Below are positions 1 to 7,860 of a DNA stretch of 16,182 bases, piece after piece. Within the stretch, counting starts at the first letter, position 1, and each line of letters opens with the position of its first letter. The notes under the pieces are model-generated. The model ran no database searches. It saw only the letters and a list, made by a program, of their open reading frames with translations, and was not told where the DNA came from. The position numbers and the translations under genes were made by a program. Source of the stretch: an uncultured bacterium (GTDB lineage Bacteria; Gemmatimonadota; Gemmatimonadetes; Gemmatimonadales; Gemmatimonadaceae); the NCBI GenBank assembly GCA_963978095.1, contig CAXBQP010000059.1, positions 1-16,182 on the forward strand, read 5' to 3'.

Positions 1-1080
1 GGCACCGAACCCGCCACCGCGGAGACCGCGCGCCTTGCGCGGGAGATCGCCGGACCGGCGTGGCGCATGGACGGCGCGCGGATCGTGGCGTTGACCACGC
101 ATCGCGTGGACCTCAACTCGCTGGGCAAGGGATTCATCATCGACCGCGTGGTGCAGGCGGTCCGCGACAGCGTGCCCGAGCTGCGCGGCGCACTGATCAA
201 CATCGGGGGCGATGTCCACGTGTGGGGAACCCCTGCAACCGGCGGCAGCTGGACGGTCGCCGTTGCCGATCCCGCGCACCATGCCGACAACGCCGCTCCT
301 CTCACCCGGCTGGCCCTCGCGGGCGGCGCGGTGTCGAGCAGCGGGGACTACGAGCGCGGCTTCACGATCGGCGCGCGGCACTACTCGCACATCTTCGATC
401 CTCGGACCGGTCGTCCGGTCGATCACGTGACCGGCGTGACGGTCGTGGCCCCCGAGAACGCCACCGCCAACGCGCTCGCCACGACCCTCTCGGTGCTGTC
501 ACCGGAGGAGGGGCTCGCGCTCGCCGAGGCGACGCCAGGGGTCGAAGCGATGCTCGTGACCGCCGATGGGACGGTGCGCCGGACCCCGGGCTTTGCGCGC
601 CTCGAGCGCCGGTCGTCGGAGCGCCTCGCCGCCGTGGCCCCCGCGATCACCGCCAAGCTGGCGATCGATGTGACGCCGACCGTGGCGAATCGCCATCAGC
701 CGTTCGTCGCCGTCTGGATCACGGATACCACGGGCAAGCATGTGCGGACGCTCGCCTTCTGGGGCGACAAGCCCAAGTATCTGCATGAGATGTCCAAGTG
801 GTGGGCGCTCAACAAGGGCGATCAGCCGCTGATCGATGCCATAACCCGCGCCACACGCCCGGTCGGCAAGTATGCGCTTGAGTGGGACGGGCTCGATCAG
901 AAGGGGGCGGCCGCTCCGGCGGGGCCGTACATGTTCTGGCTCGAGGTCGCGTTCGAAGATGGAGCGCACAGCGCCAAGAGCGTGACCGTGGCCTGCGGCA
1001 AGGGGCCCGCAACGGCGGCGATTCCCACGGCGTCGGCCTTCACGGGCGCCGAGGTCAGCTGCGACGCCAGCAAGAAATAG
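1..1080 (+). CDS. apbE: FAD:protein FMN transferase (ApbE family) fused to C-terminal DUF2271 domain; 5'-truncated
   Basis: Frame is open from base 1 (GTEPATAETARLAREIAGPAWRM...), so the real start lies upstream of the window. ApbE motifs: DLNSLGKGFIID, NIGGD, SSSGDYER, YSHIFDPRTG, VTVVA..A..ANALAT. The C-terminal PFVAVWITD..GKHVRTL..W, DAITRATR, Y.LEWDG.D and WLEVAFEDG motifs match DUF2271. Stop TAG at 1078-1080. Confidence 0.9.
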   Translation, partial: GTEPATAETARLAREIAGPAWRMDGARIVALTTHRVDLNSLGKGFIIDRVVQAVRDSVPELRGALINIGGDVHVWGTPATGGSWTVAVADPAHHADNAAPLTRLALAGGAVSSSGDYERGFTIGARHYSHIFDPRTGRPVDHVTGVTVVAPENATANALATTLSVLSPEEGLALAEATPGVEAMLVTADGTVRRTPGFARLERRSSERLAAVAPAITAKLAIDVTPTVANRHQPFVAVWITDTTGKHVRTLAFWGDKPKYLHEMSKWWALNKGDQPLIDAITRATRPVGKYALEWDGLDQKGAAAPAGPYMFWLEVAFEDGAHSAKSVTVACGKGPATAAIPTASAFTGAEVSCDASKK

Positions 1081-1082
1081 CG

Positions 1083-1670
1083 ATGGCGCACACGTACGCA
1101 CGGTTCGCCGGCGTCGTGAGGACGATCCATATCTACCTCACGATGTTCGCGTTCCTCCTCATGATGTTCTTCGCCGTCACGGGCGTTGTGCTCAATCACG
1201 AGGATTGGATCGCCGGACAGACCGTCACGCGCGACACGACCGCCCTGCTGCCCGTCGCCCTGCTCGCCGGCCCATCGGGCCCCGACAAGTTGATGGTCGT
1301 CGAGAAACTCCGTTCGGATTTCGGGGCGATCGGCGCGGTGTCGACCTTCGACGTCGAGGACGCGAGCCTGCACATCGAGCTCAAGGGTCCGGGGCGACAT
1401 ACCGAAGCGGACATCGATCGCAAGAGCGGGAAGCTCACGCTCAAGGTGGAACGGCGCGGCCTCCTGATGCGACTCGATGACCTGCATCGTGGCAAGGACA
1501 CCGGCGTCCCCTGGCGCTGGATGCTCGATCTCTCGGCGATCCTCCTCTTCTTCGGATCGCTGTCCGGGATCCTGATCTGGTGGGCGCTGCCGCGCCGCCG
1601 CCAATGGGGGGTGGCGGCGCTCGTCGGCGGGACGGTGATCGTCGCCGCGGTCTACTGGCTGGTGCCGTAG
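1083..1670 (+). CDS. PepSY-associated TM helix (PepSY_TM-like) membrane protein, putative heme-binding electron-transfer subunit
   Basis: ATG lies 2 nt after the apbE stop. N-terminal TM helix IHIYLTMF...FFAVTGVVLNH, periplasmic segment, DLHRGKDTG..W.W..D motif, then two C-terminal TM helices. The track start at 882 overlaps apbE and is rejected. Confidence 0.85.
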   Translation: MAHTYARFAGVVRTIHIYLTMFAFLLMMFFAVTGVVLNHEDWIAGQTVTRDTTALLPVALLAGPSGPDKLMVVEKLRSDFGAIGAVSTFDVEDASLHIELKGPGRHTEADIDRKSGKLTLKVERRGLLMRLDDLHRGKDTGVPWRWMLDLSAILLFFGSLSGILIWWALPRRRQWGVAALVGGTVIVAAVYWLVP

Positions 1671-1680
1671 CCCGGCGTCG

Positions 1681-3447
1681 CTAGGGCTTGCAGGTCGCCT
1701 TGGGATCCGGCGCTGGCGTGTCGGCGCTCAGGCGATGATCCAGGTTGGCGAGCGTCAGCGTCGTGGACGCGGCGAGCTTCACGATGCGCGCCATGTGCGC
1801 ATAGCGTACGTACTGCGGTTCGTCGGTGACTTCACGGAAGTCGGCATGATATCCGGTGGTGAAGAACGTCACCGGAATCCCGTACCGCGCGTACGACGCC
1901 TGATCGTTGCGGCAGAACAACCCTTCGGGGTGTCCGGCGGCATCGGCGGCGTAGTCGAGAGTGAGGCCGAGCTTCGCATCGGCATTGGCGCGTTCGATCA
2001 ACGGCGTGAGTTCGTTCGAACGACGGCGTGACCCGATGACCTCGACGAAATCAGGCGTGCCGTAGCGCGGCTCCTCGTCGGTCATCGTGATGCCGACTTC
2101 ATCCGTCTTCTCGCCACGGCCGATCATGTCGAGCGTGATCTGTGCGGCGATCGAATCGCGTGGCACGGTCGGATGCTCCAGGAACCAACTCGACCCGGAC
2201 AGCGCCGGTGCCGACTCCGTGTTGGTGTGCCACACGAACAGCACCGAGCGCTTCGGCTTGGCAGCGGTGCCACGGACGAACGATTCCGCGATCTCCAGCA
2301 GCGCCACGGACCCCGAGCCGCCATCGTCGGCACCGTTGTTCACCGAGTCGCGACGGATGGGCCGCAACGCATGGAGGCTGTCGGTGATCACCTTGATCCG
2401 ATCGTACTCGTCGTCTTCCGTCGTTTGCCGCCGACTCGCCGCCCCCTCCGCGCCGGAGCGCGCGCCCAGGTGCGCCGCCCGCACCGAATCATGATCCACC
2501 GCCGCGCGCGCCAGACCGATGTGGTCCGCATGCGCGCCAAGGGCGATGTACTGGCCGCGGAGCGTCGGGTCGGCACCGGGGAGTCGCGCCAGCACATTGC
2601 GGTCGATGCGTGGCGTGTCGACGAACCGCAGCGCGAGCGTGAAGGGCTTGCTCGGGGTTCCGGCGGCGACCCCATCGAGCGGGCCGCCGAAGAGCGTCTG
2701 AGCGGCAGCGGGTGTCAGCGTGAGTGCGAGCGGCGCGCTCTCGTTCACCAACAGCAACGTCGTGGTGGGATTCAACGCGGTCCGGACGCTGGTCGCCGAG
2801 AGTGCGGGAGTGGTGGAGATCGAGGCACGGTTGCGAATGCCGTTGTACCACGCGACCCATGCTTTCCCCTTCGCCGTCTTCTGTATGGCGCTCCCGTCCG
2901 TCCCCTGCGCGATTGGGCGGAACAGCACGAGGGTGCCGGACGCCGGCACGCTGAACAGCGTGATCGTGGTATCGAGGAGGGCTCCTCCGTACACGAGTTG
3001 CCAGCCGGTCCCGTCGCCGGCGCGTGTGGCCGTCGTGCTGACGAGATAGTCGGTGCCGGCACGCAACGTCGTGGCGCCGACCGTGATGGTGCCGGTGGTG
3101 TCGAGCGCACGCGAAATCAGTGGCAGATTCTGGAAGTACGTGCCCTGCTCGCCGGCGGGCTCGAGCCCGAGCCGCTTCGCTTCGGCCGCGAGATAGGCGG
3201 TCGCACGCTCATGATCGCTCGTGCCGATCCTGCGGCCACCCATGGAGTCGTCCGCGAACTTGTACAGGCGCGTCATCAGGTCGCATGCCGTGATCGCGGC
3301 CGTCGTTGGCGGGCCCGAGAAGCGCAGTGGGAGCGGGCCCGACGGTGCGGGACAGGAGGCGGTGGCGGTTTGTGCCTCGAGGCGCGGGCTACTCAGCGCC
3401 CACAAGAAGGCGGACACGACGGCGAGCGGCACTCGGCGATTGGTCAT
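1681..3447 (-). CDS. Exported M28-family metallopeptidase homolog (probably catalytically impaired)
   Basis: Signal-peptide-like N-terminus. Motifs ADDSMGGR..GT, GAHADHIG, NNGADDGGSGSVALLEIA, PKRSVLFVWH, LDMIGR and GIPVTFFTTG. The EE and DYH motifs are degenerate (see findings). Confidence 0.88.
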   Translation of the reverse strand: MTNRRVPLAVVSAFLWALSSPRLEAQTATASCPAPSGPLPLRFSGPPTTAAITACDLMTRLYKFADDSMGGRRIGTSDHERATAYLAAEAKRLGLEPAGEQGTYFQNLPLISRALDTTGTITVGATTLRAGTDYLVSTTATRAGDGTGWQLVYGGALLDTTITLFSVPASGTLVLFRPIAQGTDGSAIQKTAKGKAWVAWYNGIRNRASISTTPALSATSVRTALNPTTTLLLVNESAPLALTLTPAAAQTLFGGPLDGVAAGTPSKPFTLALRFVDTPRIDRNVLARLPGADPTLRGQYIALGAHADHIGLARAAVDHDSVRAAHLGARSGAEGAASRRQTTEDDEYDRIKVITDSLHALRPIRRDSVNNGADDGGSGSVALLEIAESFVRGTAAKPKRSVLFVWHTNTESAPALSGSSWFLEHPTVPRDSIAAQITLDMIGRGEKTDEVGITMTDEEPRYGTPDFVEVIGSRRRSNELTPLIERANADAKLGLTLDYAADAAGHPEGLFCRNDQASYARYGIPVTFFTTGYHADFREVTDEPQYVRYAHMARIVKLAASTTLTLANLDHRLSADTPAPDPKATCKP

Positions 3448-3454
3448 GGCCGGA

Positions 3455-3460
3455 AAGATA
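3455..3460 (-). promoter_or_regulatory. Putative -10 element (TATCTT), probable leaderless promoter of the M28 gene
   Basis: TANNNT hexamer 7 nt upstream of the ATG at 3447, with no Shine-Dalgarno sequence in between. Confidence 0.5.
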
Positions 3461-3504
3461 GCAAGTTGCGATGCGTGGTGCCGTCAGCCCGCGCACGGGG
3501 TGGC

Positions 3505-3510
3505 TACCTT
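3505..3510 (+). promoter_or_regulatory. Putative -10 element (TACCTT), probable leaderless promoter of tgt
   Basis: TANNNT hexamer 6 nt upstream of the ATG at 3517, with no Shine-Dalgarno sequence. Confidence 0.5.
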
Positions 3511-3516
3511 TCTCCG

Positions 3517-4752
3517 ATGCTGTCCGCCCCATTCGCGTTCCGGATCGATGCCACCGCTGGTGCCGCCCGCGCCGCCGAGTTCGCGACGCCGCACGGATCG
3601 GTGGCGACCCCCGCGTTCATGCCCGTCGGGACGCACGGGGCCATTCGCGGCCTCACGACCTCCGAGGTCGCGGCAATGGGCGCGCGCCTGGTGCTGTCGA
3701 ATGCGTACCATCTGTATCTGCGTCCCGGGGATGCGGTCGTCCGCGCCTTGGGTGGCGTGCATGCCTTTGCCCGCTGGGACGGCCCGATGCTCACCGACTC
3801 CGGCGGCTTTCAGGTGTTCTCGCTCGCGCGGTATCGCGAGGTGAGCGAGGCAGGGGTGACCTTCAAGAGCAAGCTCGACGGGGCGTTGCATGCCTACACG
3901 CCAGAACGTGTGATCCAGGTGCAACGCAATCTTGGCGCCGATGTGATCATGCAACTCGACGAACTGATCGCAGGCGGCAGTGAGATGTCGCCGGCGCGTG
4001 CCGCCATGGAGCGGAGCTTGCGGTGGCTGGAGCGGTGCACCCTGGAGTTCGACCGGATCACGCGCGAGGGGCGCGCACCGCTCGACGCCATCCCCGTGCC
4101 TCCCGGCACGCCGCCGCTCAGCGCCACCGATGCCGACGAATGTCGCGCGCCGGCGCAGGCGTTGTTCCCGATCGTGCAGGGCGGCGTGCACCCCGTGTTG
4201 CGGCGCGCGTCGATGCAGGGGATTCTCTCGCTGCGCGATTGGGTCGGCGTTGCCGTCGGAGGACTCTCCACCGGCGAACCCAAGCCGCAGATGCATGCCA
4301 CCCTCGAGCTCTGCGACGCGGGACTCCCGCGTGACCGCCCGCGATATCTCATGGGCGTCGGATTCCCCGATGATCTCGTGGAGGCGGTGCGCCGGGGGAT
4401 TGATCTCTTCGATTGCGTGGCGCCCACGCGGATGGGGCGTCACGGGACCGCGTTCACCCCGCAGGGGTCCGTGCAGCTCCTCAAGGGGACGCATCGGCTC
4501 GACCGGTCGCCGCTGGTCGCGGGATGCCCGTGTTCCGCCTGCACGCACTACGACCGCGCGTATCTCCGGCATCTCTTCGCCGCCGATGAGCCGCTGGGGC
4601 CGCGCCTCATCGCCCTGCACAACCTCACGATGCTCACCGAGTTGATGCGCAGCGCGCGGGCGGCGATCAGTGCCGGAGATTTCACCGCGTGGAGCGAGGC
4701 ATGGTTGCAGGAATACCGCGCGGGGCACGCGGCCGACGGCTCAGCGGACTGA
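3517..4752 (+). CDS. tgt: tRNA-guanine transglycosylase (queuine tRNA-ribosyltransferase)
   Basis: Motifs TPHG...TPAFMPVGT, NAYHLYLRPG, LTDSGGFQVFSL, FPIVQGG, PRYLMGVG, GIDLFDCVAPTR, zinc site CPCSAC...HN. Start set at ATG 3517 because the extension to 2173 is antisense to the M28 gene. Confidence 0.95.
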   Translation: MLSAPFAFRIDATAGAARAAEFATPHGSVATPAFMPVGTHGAIRGLTTSEVAAMGARLVLSNAYHLYLRPGDAVVRALGGVHAFARWDGPMLTDSGGFQVFSLARYREVSEAGVTFKSKLDGALHAYTPERVIQVQRNLGADVIMQLDELIAGGSEMSPARAAMERSLRWLERCTLEFDRITREGRAPLDAIPVPPGTPPLSATDADECRAPAQALFPIVQGGVHPVLRRASMQGILSLRDWVGVAVGGLSTGEPKPQMHATLELCDAGLPRDRPRYLMGVGFPDDLVEAVRRGIDLFDCVAPTRMGRHGTAFTPQGSVQLLKGTHRLDRSPLVAGCPCSACTHYDRAYLRHLFAADEPLGPRLIALHNLTMLTELMRSARAAISAGDFTAWSEAWLQEYRAGHAADGSAD

Positions 4753-7218
4753 CAACCACTTCGCCATCGTCACGAACAGATGGTCCGGGTCGATCGGCTT
4801 GGTCTCGAAGTCGTCCATGCCGGCGTCGATGCAACGCCGACGATCCTCGGCCATCGCGTTGGCCGTCATCGCGATGATCCGTTGTGATGCGAGCGCCGGT
4901 GTTTCCCGGATCCGGCGCGTGGCTTCGTAGCCATCCATCTCGGGCATCTGCACGTCCATCAGGATGATGTCGTAGCTCCCCTGTCCGAGGGCGGTCAGCA
5001 CCTCGCGGCCATTGGCACAGAGCGTGACCTGCGCCCCGCACCCGGCCAGCACGTCCTCGATCACGATCTGGTTGAACTCGTTGTCCTCCGCCACGAGGAT
5101 CCGCGCGCCCTTCAGCCGTGCACGCGCCGTGGCCACCGCAGCGAGTCCCTCCGTTTCGTCGGTCGCCGGCATGGTGTGCTCCGCGATGCGCGTGAAGGGG
5201 ATCGTGAACGAAAAACAACTCCCGGCGTCCACCGTGCTCTCCGCCCAGATGCGTCCGCCCATCAACTCCACCAACTGCTTGCTGATGGCGAGTCCGAGTC
5301 CACTCCCGCCGTACTTGCGCGTGCTCGACGCGTCGGCCTGGGTGAACGGGGTGAAGATGCGACTGAGCTGATCGGCCGTCATGCCGATTCCCGTATCGCG
5401 GATGCGGAACTCCAGCTCGACCGAGTCCGCATCGGCGCGCGTGCGCTCAACCTCCACGCGCACGCTCCCGCTCGCGGTGAACTTGACCGCGTTCCCCGCC
5501 AGGTTGATCAGCACCTGCCCCAGTCGGATGGCGTCACCGCGCACGAAGGGCGGGACATCGTCCGCGACATGCGTCTCGAACCGCAGGAGTTTCTCCCGCG
5601 CCGCGTGTCCGCAGATGCTGTCGATCTGCTCCAGGCTCGCCTGGAGTCCGAACGGCTCCGATTCGAGCTGCACCTTGCCGGCATCGATCTTGGAGAAATC
5701 CAGGATGTCGTTGATCACCGTGAGCAGCGCGCGCGCGGACTGGTTCACGTTGGTGATGTACGATCGTTGTTTCTCCCCGAGTTCCTGCTGCAGACACAGG
5801 TACGACATCCCGATGATCGAGTTCATCGGCGTGCGGATCTCGTGACTCATGTTGGCGAGGAACTGACTCTTGGCGCGGTTGGCCTGGTCGGCGAACTGCA
5901 CCGCCATCTTCATCTCGCTGACCATCCGTTCGGCGGCTTGATGCTTGCGCCGTTCGGTCAGATCGCGGACCGACACGATCTCCGACGTCGTCTGCACGCC
6001 GATGGAGCCTGAAATGGTGAACTCGGCGTCGAACCGCGTGCCGTCGAGACGACGCGCGATGCCTTCGAAGACCTGTCCCTCGGTGTCGATGCGGTTCTTC
6101 TTCAGCAGCGTCGGGCCGTCGTCCAGCAGGGCCCCGAGCGGACTGCCGACGACCTTGCCGAAGAGCGTGTTGGCGCGGGCGTTGGCGCTCGACACGAAGC
6201 CGTAGGGATCCACCACGAGCAGGGCATCCGGACTCGAGTCGAAGAGCGCGCGCAGGGCACGCTGGGTGCGCGCTTGCGTGATGAAGGCACCGAAGAGTTG
6301 CGCGACCTGCTCAAGGAGCGTCGGCAGTTGCTCGTAGCCCGGGTAGGTGTGCGACCCTCCGAACTCGATCACCGCCAGGACCCCTTCGCTCCCGATCACC
6401 GGCACGGCGCACAGGGTGCGGATCCGGGTCTTTCGCGCCGCTTCCGAACGGCGCGAAAATCGACCGTCGAGGCCTTGCGTGAGGAAGTCGGTCTTCTGGC
6501 ACGGCGCCCCGGTCCCCCAGGCCACCCCGGGCGCGCCGACGCCGTACGTCCAATCGGTGCCGGCGGTGAAGCTCAGCGAGGCTGTCACTTCCATCCAGTC
6601 GCGGCAGGACGGATCGGCGATGGCGCCGGTCACATAACGCAGCGTGGGTTGTTCCGGTTCGACCGTCCACACCGAGACGGCGCGGATGTCGTAGGCGCGT
6701 ACCAACTCCTGCGCGACGACCTCGGCGGCCTGCTCGATCGACCGTGACGCGAGGAGTTGATCGCCGATGCGACGCGTGACCTCCGCATGGCTGACTTCGA
6801 TGCGGTGTTCGGTGATGTCGGTGAGGATGCTGATGTAGCCCGTCAGTTCCCCCGCGGCATCGCGCGTCGGTTCACCCTCGACCAAGGCCCAGTACTGCGC
6901 GCCCGACTTGCGGTAATGAAGAATCTCGAGGGTGAAGGGCACCCCCGCGATCGTGGCGCGTTCCATCTCCGCGGCCGTGTCCGGGTCGGTGTCGGGACCG
7001 TGGAGCACCTCGTGCAGGGGAAGACCTTGCACTTCGCGCAGCGCATACCCCGTGTGGGACGAGAAGACCGGGTTCACCCATTCCGTGCGACGATCCCGGT
7101 CCGTCACGACCACGAGACTGCGACTCCGCGTCGCGACCGCCTCGAAGACTTCGAGCTGGCGCGTCGCGCTGATCCGCGGTGCGGCAGCGATCGGAGGGGA
7201 ATCTTTCACGACGAACAC
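4741..7218 (-). CDS. Cytoplasmic hybrid sensor histidine kinase/response regulator (PAS/PAC-GAF-PAS-HisKA-HATPase-REC)
   Basis: H-box FLANMSHEIRTPMN, N-box QVLINLAGNAVKFT, G boxes DTGIGM and GSGLGLAI. Receiver motifs ILVAEDNEFN, ILMDVQMPEMDG, AMTA and KP. N-terminal PAS (WVNPVF..HTGY...YRKSG..YW), GAF and a second PAS (LFDSSPDALLVVD). No TM segment seen. GTG start is uncertain. The 3' end overlaps tgt convergently by 12 bp. Confidence 0.93.
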   Translation of the reverse strand: MFVVKDSPPIAAAPRISATRQLEVFEAVATRSRSLVVVTDRDRRTEWVNPVFSSHTGYALREVQGLPLHEVLHGPDTDPDTAAEMERATIAGVPFTLEILHYRKSGAQYWALVEGEPTRDAAGELTGYISILTDITEHRIEVSHAEVTRRIGDQLLASRSIEQAAEVVAQELVRAYDIRAVSVWTVEPEQPTLRYVTGAIADPSCRDWMEVTASLSFTAGTDWTYGVGAPGVAWGTGAPCQKTDFLTQGLDGRFSRRSEAARKTRIRTLCAVPVIGSEGVLAVIEFGGSHTYPGYEQLPTLLEQVAQLFGAFITQARTQRALRALFDSSPDALLVVDPYGFVSSANARANTLFGKVVGSPLGALLDDGPTLLKKNRIDTEGQVFEGIARRLDGTRFDAEFTISGSIGVQTTSEIVSVRDLTERRKHQAAERMVSEMKMAVQFADQANRAKSQFLANMSHEIRTPMNSIIGMSYLCLQQELGEKQRSYITNVNQSARALLTVINDILDFSKIDAGKVQLESEPFGLQASLEQIDSICGHAAREKLLRFETHVADDVPPFVRGDAIRLGQVLINLAGNAVKFTASGSVRVEVERTRADADSVELEFRIRDTGIGMTADQLSRIFTPFTQADASSTRKYGGSGLGLAISKQLVELMGGRIWAESTVDAGSCFSFTIPFTRIAEHTMPATDETEGLAAVATARARLKGARILVAEDNEFNQIVIEDVLAGCGAQVTLCANGREVLTALGQGSYDIILMDVQMPEMDGYEATRRIRETPALASQRIIAMTANAMAEDRRRCIDAGMDDFETKPIDPDHLFVTMAKWLSVR

Positions 7219-7227
7219 GGAGCGAGA

Positions 7228-7860
7228 TCAGCGCGCGCGGGCGTCAGGCGCGAGCGAGTAGGTTCCCTCGAGCACGGCACGGTCCAGGATGTGCCCCGCA
7301 ATCGCCTGCCGGACCGTGCGGCCGTCCGCCGTGCCGTCGACCGGACAACGGGCGACGTCGAGAGCGTACAGCGTGAAGATGTACCGGTGGATGACCGTGT
7401 CGTTGAATGGCGGGCAGGGTCCGTCGTATCCGAAATACGTGCCTTCCATCGCCGCATCGCCCGCGAACCAGAGCGTGTAATCGTTGGATCCGTGGCGACG
7501 CCCATGGGCAGCCTCGGGGCCAGGCTTGCCGTGCGGCTGGATCCCCTCGGACCCTTCGCCGGCCGCGAGCGCCCGACAGTCCGCCGCGATATCGAGCAGC
7601 ACCCAATGAAAGAAATCGAAGCGGGGCAGGTCGAACGGAACCTGACGGTCCTCCTTGTTCACGTCGTCCGCAACGGTCGGCACTTCCGGATCATGACAGA
7701 TCAGGACGAAGCTCTTGGTGCCATCGGGCACGTCGGACCACGACAAGGCCGGCGAGCGATTGGCGGAGAGCGCCATACGCGTGGCGGCATCGGGGCGTGC
7801 GAAGGCGAACTCCGGCGGGATCGGCGCGCCGTGGGTGAAGGAGGAGGACTCGAGCTTCAT
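7228..7860 (-). CDS. YbhB/YbcL family PEBP (Raf kinase inhibitor-like) protein
   Basis: Motifs NRSPALSWSDVPDGTKSFVLICHDPEVP, FFHWVL, NDY, YDGPCPPFND..IHRYIFTLYALD. Confidence 0.93.
   Translation of the reverse strand: MKLESSSFTHGAPIPPEFAFARPDAATRMALSANRSPALSWSDVPDGTKSFVLICHDPEVPTVADDVNKEDRQVPFDLPRFDFFHWVLLDIAADCRALAAGEGSEGIQPHGKPGPEAAHGRRHGSNDYTLWFAGDAAMEGTYFGYDGPCPPFNDTVIHRYIFTLYALDVARCPVDGTADGRTVRQAIAGHILDRAVLEGTYSLAPDARAR

Noticed and set aside
2173..3516. Apparent 448-aa N-terminal extension of Tgt (859-aa ORF)
   Set aside because: It is the antisense shadow of the M28 gene in high-GC DNA. Tgt homology starts at 3517, which has its own -10-like element.
4741..4752. 12-bp convergent overlap TCAG-CGGA-CTGA between tgt and the kinase
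   Set aside because: The symmetry is largely forced by the two opposing TGA stops, and short convergent overlaps are common.
3517..4752. DpdA-type DNA-modifying transglycosylase (defence island)
   Set aside because: The sequence has the full bacterial tRNA Tgt motif set, and no dpd or restriction genes are nearby.
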